64,000 bases of DNA from an uncultured Oscillospiraceae bacterium (lineage in GTDB: Bacteria; Bacillota; Clostridia; Oscillospirales; Oscillospiraceae), in the NCBI GenBank assembly GCA_947627325.1, contig CANQVO010000003.1, forward strand, positions 43,263 through 107,262. The letters are read 5' to 3'. The notes under the pieces were generated by a model that worked only from the letters and a program-made list of their open reading frames with translations, ran no database searches and was not told where the DNA came from. Shown here piece by piece: positions 1-13,000 of this stretch. Each line of letters begins with the position of its first letter. Position 1 is the first letter of the stretch. The position numbers were made by a program, and so were the translations under genes.

Positions 1-1023
1 CACGCCCTGGCCCTGGCCGCCGACGGCACCGTCTACGCCTGGGGCAACGGGACCCAGGGCCAGCTGGGCGTGGACCCCTCCACCCTGACCAACAGCACGG
101 AGCAGGGGGGCGACAACTTCCAGTACAGCGTCTCCCCGGTGGTGGCGCGGAACGACAAGGGCGAGCCCCTGCGGGGGATCGTCTCCATCGCCGCGGGCGG
201 CTCGGTCTCCGTGGCCCTGAGCTACGAGGGCAGTATCTACACCTGGGGCGACAACCGCCAGGGTCAGCTGGGCATCAACGCCGACCCCAACGCCGGCGGC
301 AGCGGCAACGAGAACTTCTACCGCGACAGCGCCCAGCAGGTGACCATGGGCCAGCCCTACGGCGGCGGCGCGCCCAACACCAACCAGAGCAACGGCTACC
401 TGGCCATCGCCGCCGGAGGCCAGAGCGCCACCACCCAGAAGAGCTACGGCCACGTCCTGGCCATCCGGGCGGTGCTTACCGACAAGGTGGACAGCACCCT
501 GGTCTACGGCTGGGGCGCCAACGGCTACGGTCAGGTGGGGGACAACTCCGCCGCCCCGGAGGCCAGCCAGGTGGAGCAGACCCACGTCCTCCTGCCCACC
601 GAGGTCCGCTACCGCACCTCCTACGCCGACGAGGACGGGCTCTACTACATCGGCAACCGCACCGTCAGCGTGGCCGCCGGTACGCTCCACTCCCTGGCCA
701 TCGTCCAGAACCGGCCGGAGGGCGTCACCAACGACAGCCAGGACGTGTACTACACCTACGGCTGGGGCTATGACGACCGCGGCCAGCTGGCCCAGGGGGA
801 TGCCTCCGGCAACGTGAACACCTCCGACGGCGGCGGGGACAGCCAGCGGCGCAGTCCCATCCAGCTGCTGGCCAAGGCCCCCGTGGAGGACGGCGCGGGC
901 AACCAGATCAACACCTACGTCACCGACTCCGCCGGGGTGGCCGCCGGCAACGCCTACTCCATCTACTGGGACATCAACGGCGAGGTCTTCGGCGCGGGCT
1001 ACAACTTCACCTATCAGCTGGGC
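1..1023 (+). repeat. RCC1-like beta-propeller P1 (partial, cut by the left window edge)
   Basis: Blade ends in frame +1: HALALAADGTVYAWGNGTQGQLG (1-69), IVSIAAGGSVSVALSYEGSIYTWGDNRQGQLG (178-273), WGANGYGQVG (511-540), WGYDDRGQLA (763-792), GAGYNFTYQLG (991-1023). A ~260 aa non-RCC1 beta-rich spacer follows (1024-1806). Confidence 0.85.
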
Positions 1024-4000
1024 GCCGCGCCCACCCTCACCAGCACGCCCGACGGAAAGGGCGGCTTCCTCAGCGACCACCAGGAGACGGTCAAGCTCCC
1101 TGTCCGGGTGGGCTACGGCGTGAGCCAGAACCTGATCTACGACAAGATCTGGGTCTTCACCACCATGACCGACGAGGACACCGACGAGACCTCCACCATG
1201 CTCACCGCCCGCTACGCCGTCCAGCCCGAGACGGTGCCCCAGGCCGGTGACCCGGGTGATCCCGCCAACGGCATCCCCGCCGACTGGGACATCGCCTCCA
1301 ACGTGGCGTCCATCCCCGTGTCCAAGCTGGTGCAGAGCGGCCCCACCGACAAGACCAAGGACGAAAACCTGCCCATTTGGGACACCGAGAGCGGCCAGCT
1401 CAGCGAGGACCAGTATGACGCGCTGTACGACGTGACCATGCAGTACAACCTGACCCTGACCGACCAGCAGTACGCCGTGGTGTTCAAGGACGGGGTCAAG
1501 CGGTACTACTCCGTGGGCTTCAACATCTCCGAGCGGGACCGGGCCGTGCCCAGCGCCGAGGACAGCTCCATGCTCTACGGCTACGTCCACGAGGACGAGG
1601 CGCCCAACGTGGACATCGTGGACACCAAGGACAAGCAGGAGCCCTATCCCACCCTGACCCGGAACAACGCCGTGCTTCTGCCCACCGAGCTGAAGGACGT
1701 CTATAAGGTCGTGGGCATCGTGGAGGACGCCATCGACTGGGAGGAGAACGGCATCTACGCCGGCAAGGTCAAGGTGACGGTGGAGGACGCCAACAACTTC
1801 GCCACCCCCATGGTCAGGGCGGGGGAGAACTTCACCGTGGCCCTGAAGTCGGACGGCACCGTTTGGGCCTGGGGCGACAACTCCTACGGCCAGCTGGGCG
1901 CCGGCTACACCTATGAAGAACTGCCCTACGCGCCCTACCCCATGCGGGTGGCCGGGGTCGGCCCCCGGGACGGCGCGCCCATCATGCAGCGCCTTACCTT
2001 AATTAAAGAGGTCGCCGCCGGGGACAACTTCGCCCTGGCCCGGACGGCGGACGGCTCGGTCTACGCCTGGGGCGACAACTCCAGGGGCCAGCTGGGCCAG
2101 AACGAGGACATCTACCTGCGCTACGACGCCTCCGGCGACGAGGTGGACGTGGAGATCGACCCCGACGCCCTGGCCGCCCTGCGGGGGAGCTGTTATCCCA
2201 TCCAGGTCACCGCCGGGACCAGCGCCGAGGACAGCGGCAGTGACTACCTCATGGGCGCCACCGCCATCGGCGCGGGCGGCAGTCACGCCCTGGCCGTGGT
2301 GGGGGATATGGGCTGGGTCTATGCCTGGGGCGACAACAGCCGCGCCCAGCTGGGCACCGGGTACACCCCCGCCGCCATCGGCGATCTGCGCACCTACCCC
2401 GACCACGTGATCCAAAACCGCAACGGCGAGAGCGCCGAGCAGAAATACCTCACCGACGCCATCAGCGTCACCGGCGGCACCTGGAGTTCCTACGCCATCG
2501 GCCCCTTCCCCTACGCCAGTTCCGGCAGCGGCGCCGCCCAGGGGGACAGCACCTATGTGGCCGTTTGGGGCGACAACCGCTGGGGCCAGCTGGGCGTGGG
2601 CCCCATTGAGAGCAGCCAGATCGACGACGAATACTACCAGACCACGGTGGCCTATATGCGCCGCAAGACCGGCGACGGCGGCGAAACCGACCTGGCCGAC
2701 GGCATCACCCAAGTTGCCGCCGGCGAGCGCCATGCCGTGGCCATGACCACCGGCGGCATGATCTACGCCATGGGCGATTACAGCTACGGCCAGCTGGGCA
2801 AGGTGGGCGCGCTGGACAGCACCAACGTGGGCTACATCGGCTACGCCAACACCCTCAGCGACGAGAAGGGCACCATCAGCGACGCCCTGGGCGTGGCCGC
2901 GGGGAAGTACCACACCGTGATCCTCCGGGGCAAACGGGCCGGCGACGAGAACGACCCCGGCCCCATCACCAGCAGTTACATCCAGGTGATGGGCACCAAC
3001 ACCAACGGCCAGTTGGGCCTGCCCGCCGTGGACGAGGACGGCTACTACCAGAGCCAGAAGCTGGGCGCCGTCAATTCCGGGGAGAGCTACCAGACCATCC
3101 GCACGCCGGACAGCGCGGAGGGCGTGGTCATCGCCCTGGCCGCCGGCGGGGCCCACACCATCGCCCTCACCGACCTGGGCGAGGTGCTGGCCTGGGGCAA
3201 GAACGAGTCGGGCCAGCTGGGGGAGATGTCCCTGGTGGACCGGGGCGGACCCGCCACCAGCCAGGAGACCGGCATGGCCAGCCAGGCCGGCTTTGACGAG
3301 GCGTACATCCCCACCGCCTCCGGCGTGGTGAACTACGGCGGTGCGCTGAAGTTCGGCGTGCGGATGGAGACCTGGCGCAACGGCGCGCGCTGGGACGACC
3401 TGGGCGACGGGGACTACAACCAGTGCGAATACACCCTCTGGCCCAACCTGCCCACCAACCTGGGCACGGACCCCAACGCCGCGGAGAGCGCCGGGAAGAC
3501 CCTGCCCTACCCCCTGAAGAAGACGGTGGAGGCGGGCAACGGCAACTACACCCACTACGACGGGACGGATATCCCCGGCGGCAGCTACAACATCTGGTCC
3601 AAAGCCGATGGCGAGGACTGGAAGGACACCGGCGCCGAGGTGAAGGTGACCAAGGGCGTGGACTTTGAGGCCCACCCGGCCATCATCAACTTCTTCAAAG
3701 TCGAATTCGACGTGGTGAACTCCAACACCACCAACACCGCCGCCCCCGCCATTGAGGCGGAGTACACCGTGGGCGGCATCACCAGCACCATCCACAACGG
3801 CGACAGCGTCTGGGGCGGCGGCACTCTGGTGCTGAAGGCCATGGGCGCCGGCGGCGAGGACCCCAATTACACCTACACCTGGACCACCGTCCCCACCCTG
3901 GCGGACGGGGAGTACGAGGTCGCCCTCCAGCCCAGAGAGGGACAGCAGGCGGTGTTGGACGGGATCTTCACCATCCCCACCCTGATGAGCCAGATCCAGA

Positions 4001-7000
4001 TCCACTGCTCCATCTACACCCCGCAACTCTTTGACGTCACCCTGAACATCCGCAAGGACAACGGCCCGTGGTCCAACAGCGGCAAGCTCCTCTTCCTCAA
4101 GAGCGACTACCGCACCGTCCAGCTGCAGCCGTCCGCCGACGGCAGTAGCGCCTACGTCCCCGTGGTGTGGAACGAGACGGACGAGATCTGGGAGAAGGTC
4201 CAGCTGCCCGAAGGGGAGTACACCATCTGGGAGTACAAGAGCGACTGCTACGATACGGACGGGAACCTCCAGCTGAACCTCTGCTACGAGAGCCCCCACG
4301 TCATCCAGGTGGAGGGGCAGGACGCCACCGATGACCTGGACTACTATACCTTAAATATCGCCACCAAGCCGGTGGGCGGCGTGTCCATGGCCTATGTGGT
4401 GGTCAACTACGCCTCGGTGACCGATGACGACGGGGAGGACAAATACGCCCCCCTGAACAACTGGCGTCTGCAGGACGTGGTGATGCGGGACGCGCCGCTG
4501 ATGGTCCAGGCCATCGGCACAGTGGCCTCCGGCTTCTTCACCGGCCGGGTGAACTCCACCTGGACCGTGGGCCCGCAGAACACCAACGCCCAGACCGGCT
4601 TTACCGAGATCCCCAACCGGGACGGCACCCTGCCCAACCGCCAGCAGCAGCTCCGGGGCACCACCGCCACCCAGATCTACAAGGCCAACGGCTACGGCGT
4701 GGATCTGCTGGTCACCATGGACGGCATGGTGGGCACCGACCCCACCTTTGTCAGCCCCATGGAGATCCAGGTCACCGTCAACGGCGAGCCGAACCCCGCC
4801 GCCATCAGCGGCTACCGCTTCTTCGCCGAGAGCCAGAACGGGCGGAGCGGCGTGTCCGGCCAGCGCACCTGGGCCAGCTATGAGTTGACCAACCAGGGCG
4901 ACGGGATCTTCTACGCCCCTGACGGACTGCCCCGGGATCGGTACATGATCTACGTCCAGTACCCCGCGGAGAAAGGCAAGAGCGTCAAGATCCCCGTGAA
5001 GATGAGCGACTTTACCCTGACCCAGACCGGCTACACCACTGCGGCCTACCCCAGCGGCCTGGATCCCGAGGTCGCCCCCCTGGAGATCCCCCTGCGCCAG
5101 GTCAAGTATCAGATCCAGGCGCAGAACAACGCGGCCTCCGGCGCCTCGGGCACCGAGGGCTACGTGCAGGTCATCAGCGGCATCTCCTCTGACGCGGCCT
5201 GGGCGTGGGACTATCAGTTGCAGCCGGGCGAGGCGGATAACCATTCCGGCACCGTCCACGGCGAGCTCCACAATGGCCACACCCACCTGGGCACCATCAT
5301 CGCCGACCCGGACAACCCCGACCCCGAAAAGCAGACGGTGGTGGTGAAGAGCATCAAGGTCACCGGCGGCCAGACCGCCGATGGCAGTTTCATCGTGCCC
5401 ACGAACAACCTGATCTCGGTGCAGGCCATGGGCGACCACGCGGACACCTTTATCATCAGCGCCGAGTGGGTGACCGACAGCGCCGATAAGTACCACAACA
5501 CCAGCGACCTGCCCGCCGGCACCCCGGTCACCGTCAGCACCGACCCCAGCTACCACGTGAACCTCCCGGCCACCAGCGGGACCTACGACCCCACCTACGA
5601 TGTGGCCTGGGACTATGACAACAACACCTTTACCGGCACCTTCAGGCCCAAGGGCATTTCGGGCAACCTGGAGACGGAGGCTCTGCCCCTGGAGACCCTG
5701 AATCAGCTGACCATCGGCTTTGTGGGCTACGGCAACACACAGAGCGGCAGTTACGGCCAGGTCCAGCTCACCTCCCTGGAGATGCTGCCCCAGGAGGAGG
5801 ACGGGGACTTCTACGCCTCTATCCTGGCCAAGGGCGGCGGCTACCTGCTGACATTGGCGGCGGACACGCCCGCCCCCATGGGCGGCGCCATCCAGAGCCA
5901 GGTCATCGTCCCCGGCCGGGAGCTGGCCAACTGGGAGGCCGGCGCGCCCAAGCTGGACGCGCTCTCCCTGGGCAGCAGTATCGAGCTGATCACCGGCGAC
6001 ACGGTGGACATCGTGGGCAGTATCGAGACGTACATCCCCGACTACCGCCTGGCCTACTACTCCGCCCACCCCGACTATTACCGCAACACCACCCTGGGCG
6101 GGGACGCCATGGAACAGCCCTACATCCAGACGCCGCCGGAGAAAGTGGACGGCGCCGAAGTGGACGAGATGGGAACGCCCATCCAAGTGGTCAACCCCGA
6201 CCGCTATGTGCAGACCGGGGTGGGTGAGGACGGCGCTCCCATCTACCGGGACTTCTGGCAGGACGCGGAATTGACGCTGACCACCTCCAACCCCGACGTG
6301 GTCAGTGTGAAGGACTATACCTTGACAGCTATGGGCCAGAGCGGCTGGGCCACCGTGCGGATCTACAACACCGTCACCGGCCGGTCGGCCATGCTCCGGG
6401 TCCACGTGCTCAACGTGGAGGACGCCACCGGCGACGGCCACGAGAGCGAGTGGGCCTATAAGTCCACCCCCATGGTGGCCTATGGCGACAACTTCTCCGT
6501 GGCATTGAAGGCGGACGGCACCGTGTGGGCCTGGGGCGACAACGCCCAGGGCCAGCTGGGCGTGGGCTACGCCCCCGAGGTGCTGGCCTATTCCGAGGCG
6601 CCCATGGTGGTGCGCTGTTACGACGCCGCCAACGACGCCACCCCCACCCTGCGGAACGTGGTGGCCATCGCCGCCGGGGCGGATCACGCCGTGGCCCTCA
6701 CCCGGGACGGGCAGATCTACGCCTGGGGCGACGACAGCTTTGGCGAGCTGGGCGTGGCCCGGGAGGACTTCCCCTACACCGAGACCACCGTGGTGGACGG
6801 CGTCAACACCGAAGTCGTAGTGGGCTACGGCAGTTACTTCGCCACCCCCGCCCAGGCGGACAACATCTCCGGCCAGGTGGTGGAGATCGCCGCCGGGGAC
6901 GGCTTTACCGTGGCCCGCACGGAGCGGGGCACCGTTTGGGCCTGGGGCCGGAACGACAAGGGCCAGCTGGGTGTGGGCTACCGGGGCGACGTGCTGGGCG

Positions 7001-10000
7001 CGGACGCCGTTCGGGAGGAGAACCTCCTGCGGGTCACCGAGCCCAGCCTGTTCACCGACCTGTTCCAGACCATCTACCAGCTGGACCCCGTGAGCGACGC
7101 CGCGGAGCTGGCCGCGTTGAGCGCGCGCTATCAGCGCCCCGCCCAGGGCCTCTACCTGGACAGCTACTACCTCTATGTGAAATACCTCCGGGATCTGAGT
7201 ATCTTCGTGGCCCAGCAGGGCGGCGGCCTGACGAGTGCCGGCGCGCTGGAGATGATGTACGACAACAGCGGCGCGCTCATCGTGCCCCTGGAGGACTACC
7301 GGGGCAACGAGATGCCCACCATGGAGACCTACATCCTGGCCCTGGAGCTCTATGACGAGATGCAGAAGTATCTCCAGGAGACCCACAACACCTGGGTGAG
7401 TCTGCCCGGCACCGCCGAGGACTACAAGGCGTTCCACCGCTTTACCCCCGTGGCCAACGCCAAGGTGGACGGGCGGATCGTGTTCAACACCCAGTGGGAG
7501 CTGGCCCGGCCCACCTACACCGGGGTCAAGTGGTCCTACGAGGACTACCAGCGGGCCAAGGCCGAGTACGACCAGCGGCAGCTGGACGGCACCTGGGTCA
7601 GCGTCAACGGCGCCTACGCCAGCGGCCTGGGCGGCGACGTGTTGGAGGGGGAGCCCACCTTCGCCCTCTATACCGCCGTGCCCCAGCAGGTGATGGAGGG
7701 CGAGGCGGCCAGCAAGGGCTACTACCTCAGCGAGATCATGAGCATCAGCGCCGGCCGGGCCCACGTGATGGCCCTGCGGAAGGACGGCGCCCTGTTCGGC
7801 TGGGGCGACAACACCTACGGCCAGCTGGGCCGGGGCGTGGACAGCACCCTGGCGCGCAGTGACAAGTTCGACTGGCAGGACCGGGACGGCCTCTACACCC
7901 GGGGCCAGAAGGCCGACGACGCCGTGGGCGCCACCTTCACCTACCGGGTGCCCGTGCGGGTCAAGGTGGGCCAGATCGTGGGCGCGATGAAGAGTGAATC
8001 GTCCGCGCAGGACAACGCGCTGGGCAACCTGGTCAACGTGATGGAGGTGGCCGCCGGGGGGAACCACACCCTGGTCCTGCTGTCCGACGGCACGGTGGCC
8101 GCCTTTGGCGAGAACACCTATGGCCAGGTGGGCGACGGCACGGTGGCCCAGGTCACCTACGACGTGGCCGGCCTGGTGGACGGGACCAACGGCGAGCCGG
8201 AGGAGGACTGGGTCACCGCCCGGGATCTGGTGGAGGACCAGATCCGGGCGCGGCGCGTGCCCATGGCCGTCCAGGTCATGACAAAGGGCGGCCAGGTGCT
8301 GGGCCAGGTGACTGGCTCTGACGGCGCGGCCAACCGGGTGGTCCGCCTGGCCGCCGGCGGGGACGCCAGCGTGGCCATCGTCCGGGACACCGTGACGGTG
8401 GAGTTCGGCGGGCACACCACGGAGAACACGCTGATGGCCTGGGGCTCCAACATGGAGGGCCAGCTGGGCCTGGACGAGGTGGCGGACGACTGGGTCTCCG
8501 GCGAGCGCACCGCCTTTGTGGGCCACGCCCTCCAGGTACAGCAGGGCACCAGCACCAACACCAACCAGACCTACTCCGGCTTCACCCGGGCGGTGGAGGT
8601 GACGGCGGGCGGCCATCACATGGGCGCTCTGCGGAGCGACGGCTACGTTTGGGACTGGGGCGACAACACCTACGGCCAGCTGGGCGACGGCACCACCGAC
8701 ACCCACTTCGACGCCGTCCAGGCCGGCGACGGGGAGTCCAAGAGCCTGATCCTCAGCGAGTATCAGCGTATCGAGCCCGACGGCACCACCCATACCTATA
8801 ACCAGCTGCGTCCCATGGGTGAGGAGAACGACACCGTGGCCCAGGACGCCTCCAACGACGGCACCAACGGCAACCCCAACATCCTCATCATGGGGGAGGG
8901 GGACTACCTGCGGCTGGACCTGGCCAACATCCTCTACGCCCACCGCACCGGCTTCAACCTGTACAGCGACGGGGAGAACCTCTCCATCCAGGACAAGCTG
9001 GACAAGGTGAAGGTGGGGGTCACCGACGACTCCTACTTTGAAGTCACGGACCTGGGCGGCAGCCAGTATGAGATCCGGCCCACCCAGCGCAGTGACGGCC
9101 AGAAGCTGGGCCTGACCAGTGTCTACATCGACTACGAGTTCGGCGGGGCCACCAACGCCGACCACACCGAAGACCCCGCCACCAGCAACATGATGGTCCT
9201 GCCCATTTGGGCCAGACATAAGCAGATCTACGACGGATCGGAGGGCTCCGACCCGTCCAACGCGCATATCTCCGCGGCCCCCATGGTGGCCGCGGGGGCG
9301 AAGCACGCCGTGGCGCTGGACTCCCTGGGCCGTGTGTGGGTCTGGGGCGACAACAGCCGCGGCCAGCTGGGTCTGGACAACCTGGGCCTGGACGGCGGCG
9401 CGGCCGTGCTGTACCAGGATCACCCCGTCCAGGTCACCCAGTTCCGCAAGATCGACACCGCCACCGGCCAGATCGTGGAGGCCGTGGCTGAAGGCGGCGG
9501 GCCCCTGACCTTCACCGCCGTGGCCGCCGGGGCGTACAGCACCTACGCCGTGGACATCGACGGCCGGGTGTGGGCCTGGGGCGACAACGACAAGGACCAG
9601 CTGGGCCGGGGCACCGACGACCGGTTCCAGGACTTTGAACCCCTCCAGGTCCGGGTGCGGGTGAGCAAGCTCACCACCCTGGGCGACGAGGTCATCACCA
9701 AGGAATATCTGAAAGAACTGCCCGGCGTGGGCACGCTGATCCAGACCTATAAGGACCGGGACAAGATCGTGGCCCTGGCCGCCGGGGACGGCTTTGCCAT
9801 GGCCCTGTCGGAGAGCGGCTTTGTCTACGCCTGGGGCGACAACGCCGCCGGCCAGCTGGGCAACGGCGAGCGCAAGAAGGCCAGCGGTAACTACGCCCTG
9901 TGGGTGAGCAAGGGCAAATCCCCCAGCGACACCAACCATATGCGCGAGGCGGTGGGCATCGCCGCCGGAGGCTCCTCCGGCGCGGTCCTCTTCTCCAACG

Positions 10001-13000
10001 GCACCCTCTTTACCTTTGGACAGAACACCAACGGCCAGCTGGGCGACGGCACCGCTTACAACCGCTACTCCGCCGTCAAGGTCAGCGTGGGCGGGGCCAG
10101 CTGTTATGACAGCTCCGGCGCCGCCAACGGCAAGCCCGGCGTCAACCTCAACGACAAGAACGAAGCCTATCTGAACAAAGTGGTGGCTGTGGACATGGGC
10201 AGGACCCATGCCGCCGCCATCGCCCTGAACATCTCCAAGGCATCCGACGGCACCTTTATCACCAGCCCCGGCGTGTACGGCTGGGGCGGCAACGACCACG
10301 GGCAGATCGGCGCCATCGAGCTGGTCAACACCGACCAGTTGGACGGCGACGGCCAGCCGGTGAAGGTCGCCCAGTCCTACGGCGCCCCCCGGCGGATGAT
10401 CGATTCCGGCGCGCGGCAGCTCAGCGCCGGGTTCAACGCCACCCTGGCGCAGGTGGAGAGCGCGCAGGTCCTTCGGGACAACCTGGTGAAGGGCACCAAC
10501 TACGATCCCGTACAGCTCCTGGCCTGGGGCGACAACACCCAGGGCCAGCTGGGCAACTACGGCATCAGCAAGAACACCCCCAACGGCTCTCCTGTTGACT
10601 ACGACAATACTGTGGCCCGGGAACTCGTCAACGAGATCCAGGTCACTGACCATACCTATCCCTACCACTGGATGCAGAAGGTCTCCACCTCCGCGGTGGG
10701 GGAGACGTTCATCGTCTTCGCCCGGGAGACCGGCACCGTCTTCGCCTCCGGCGACAACACCGCCGCCCAGCTGGGCGACTACACCCTCACCTCCTCCGAA
10801 TACCCCGTGGTAGTGGGCAAACTCAGCTATGAGTCCCTGGCCGTCTACGGCACCGACCACAACGCCGCGGTCCACGACCTGGCCCCCCAAATCACCCTGA
10901 TGGGGAGCGCCGCCGGCGCGGACAAGGCGATCTTCTACCTGGACGACAGCCACACCGGCTACGTGGTGGAAAAGGGCTTCAACCTGCTGGTCCACCAGCC
11001 CATCGCCGCCCTCAAGGCCGGCGAGCTGGAGTTCACCTCCCTGGACGAGAGCATCGTCCGGCTGGAGAGCGCCACGGACACCCGGGTGACCTTCGCCACC
11101 GCCTCGCCCATCAAGTACGGCAACACCTACATCCAGGTCTACGACCGGGCCACCGGCCGCACCCTGCTGCTGCGGGTGTCGGTGGTCCCGGCGACCACCG
11201 ACAGCGGCTTTGCCACCGCCCCCATGATCGCCGCCGGGAAGGACCACGTGGTGGCGCTGAAGGCGGACGGCACCGTGTGGGCCTGGGGCCGCAACGACCA
11301 GGGCCAGCTGGGCGACGGCACCTTTATCGACCGCTCCTACCCCGTCCAGGTGAAGGACGGCGACGGCGATCCCTTTGACCGGGTGGTGGCCGTGGCCGCC
11401 GGGGACAACTTCAGCGTCGTCCTCCGGGACACCGGGGCCACCGGCGAGCTGGACACCACCGACGACCGGGAGGTCTATGTGGTGGGCGGTCTGAGCAGTA
11501 TCACCACCAACCTGATCCACACCCCCAGCGAGGAGGAGCTGACCCAGATCCACCGGGCCAACTTCGCCAAGGTGATGAAGCTGTTCGGCAACGCCGAGCA
11601 GAACGTGCTGGCCTTCTACCAGGACGAGTCCGGGGCGTGGCTCCCCGCCGAGGGCGACCCCAACGACCTCGCCAACTCCATCGGCAACTACTCCAACGAG
11701 CTGGGCGACCTGGTCCGGGGCGTGGAGATCCGGGACGAGGCGGGCGACGCGGTGGTCAACACCACCGGCAGACCCCACCTGGGCGTGAACAACGGCCAGG
11801 CGTACACCGCCCTGCCCTACTCGGAGGAGATCGTCCGCTTCGCCGAGACGATGGGCTATACCCTCTACTACCTGCCCTACTACTTCTACACCACCGCCAG
11901 CGGGGACGACGGCGGCTTCTACATGGACCGGCCCGACCAGTGCCCCAACCCCAACCTGACCCACGACGGGCACTACCTGCGCCGGGAGGTCAAGCCGGAG
12001 ACCCTGAAGTACCTGGGCCCCGCCCAGTTCCAGAACGACCCCGGCCTGACTTATCAGTACAACTCCCTCACCAACTCCGTCACCATCACCCTGGGGGTGG
12101 ATCCCGCCACCGGTGAGACCCGCACCGTGACGCTGGATCAGGTGTACCTGAACACCCACACCGGCGAGGAGTTCCTGGTCTCTCAGGCGTTCATGGACTG
12201 GTACACGACCTGGACGGTGGAGACCATGGAGCGGCTGGAGGAGGGCAACCTCAGCCCCGAGAACCAGACCGACGTCCACTATTATATGTGGAGCCTGGAC
12301 GCCAGCAAGGGCACCAACGAGCGCTGGGCGTACTTCAGCGTGATCACCCGAGATGTGGAGCGCTTCACCGGGCTGTTGCTGTGCGACTACCCGAACTGCG
12401 GGCTCCAGTACGACCCCTCCGACACCATCACCCCCGTGATCTGCAACGAGCCCGGCTGTGACAAGGTGGGCCAGCAGAACTTCCGGCTGATCTATGAGGA
12501 CGCCCAGGACGTCTGGGCCGGGAAGCGGGTCCCCGCGGGCTATGAGACCCACTGGCACCAGCTGGCGGAGGGGGAGAACTCCTACCGCATCTGGCGCTGC
12601 CAGAACGACCACGTCTGGATCGAGTACTACGACAAGGCCGAGGACGTGGCCACCCCCGAGGTCAAACTGCTCACCGACGCCGACGGCGTTGCCATCGCCG
12701 ACATCCTGGACGTGGCCGCCGGGGCGGATCACCTGCTGGCCCTCACCGCCGGGGGCGAGATCTACGCCGCCGGCGCCAACGGCCACGGCGAACTGGGCCA
12801 GAACACCACCCAGGCCATCGGCTCCGCCGTCAAGGTCAAGGGCTTCAAGGGCCGGGACACCCTGGACCACGTGGTGGACCTGGACGCGGGCGAGGGCTAC
12901 TCCATGGCCCTGCTGGGCAACGGCACCGTCTACGCCTGGGGCGACAACAGCTATGGCCAGCTGGGCAACGAACTGGTGAGCGTCACCGCCGACGAGGCCC

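Noticed and set aside
1999-2007. AT-only 9-mer TTAATTAAA, and a similar TTAAATAT at 4351-4358, in otherwise GC-rich DNA, considered as a possible regulatory or insertion-target site
   Set aside because: Both are in frame and code for normal residues (L-I-K and L-N-I) within spacer or loop regions. Rough expectation for such AT runs in 64 kb is not far below one to a few. There are no flanking inverted repeats or duplications. Their only effect is to create the stops of the shadow ORFs.
1999-4299. Minus-strand ORF of 766 aa
   Set aside because: It is the same antisense shadow, bounded by the complement of the sense TTA at 1999-2001.
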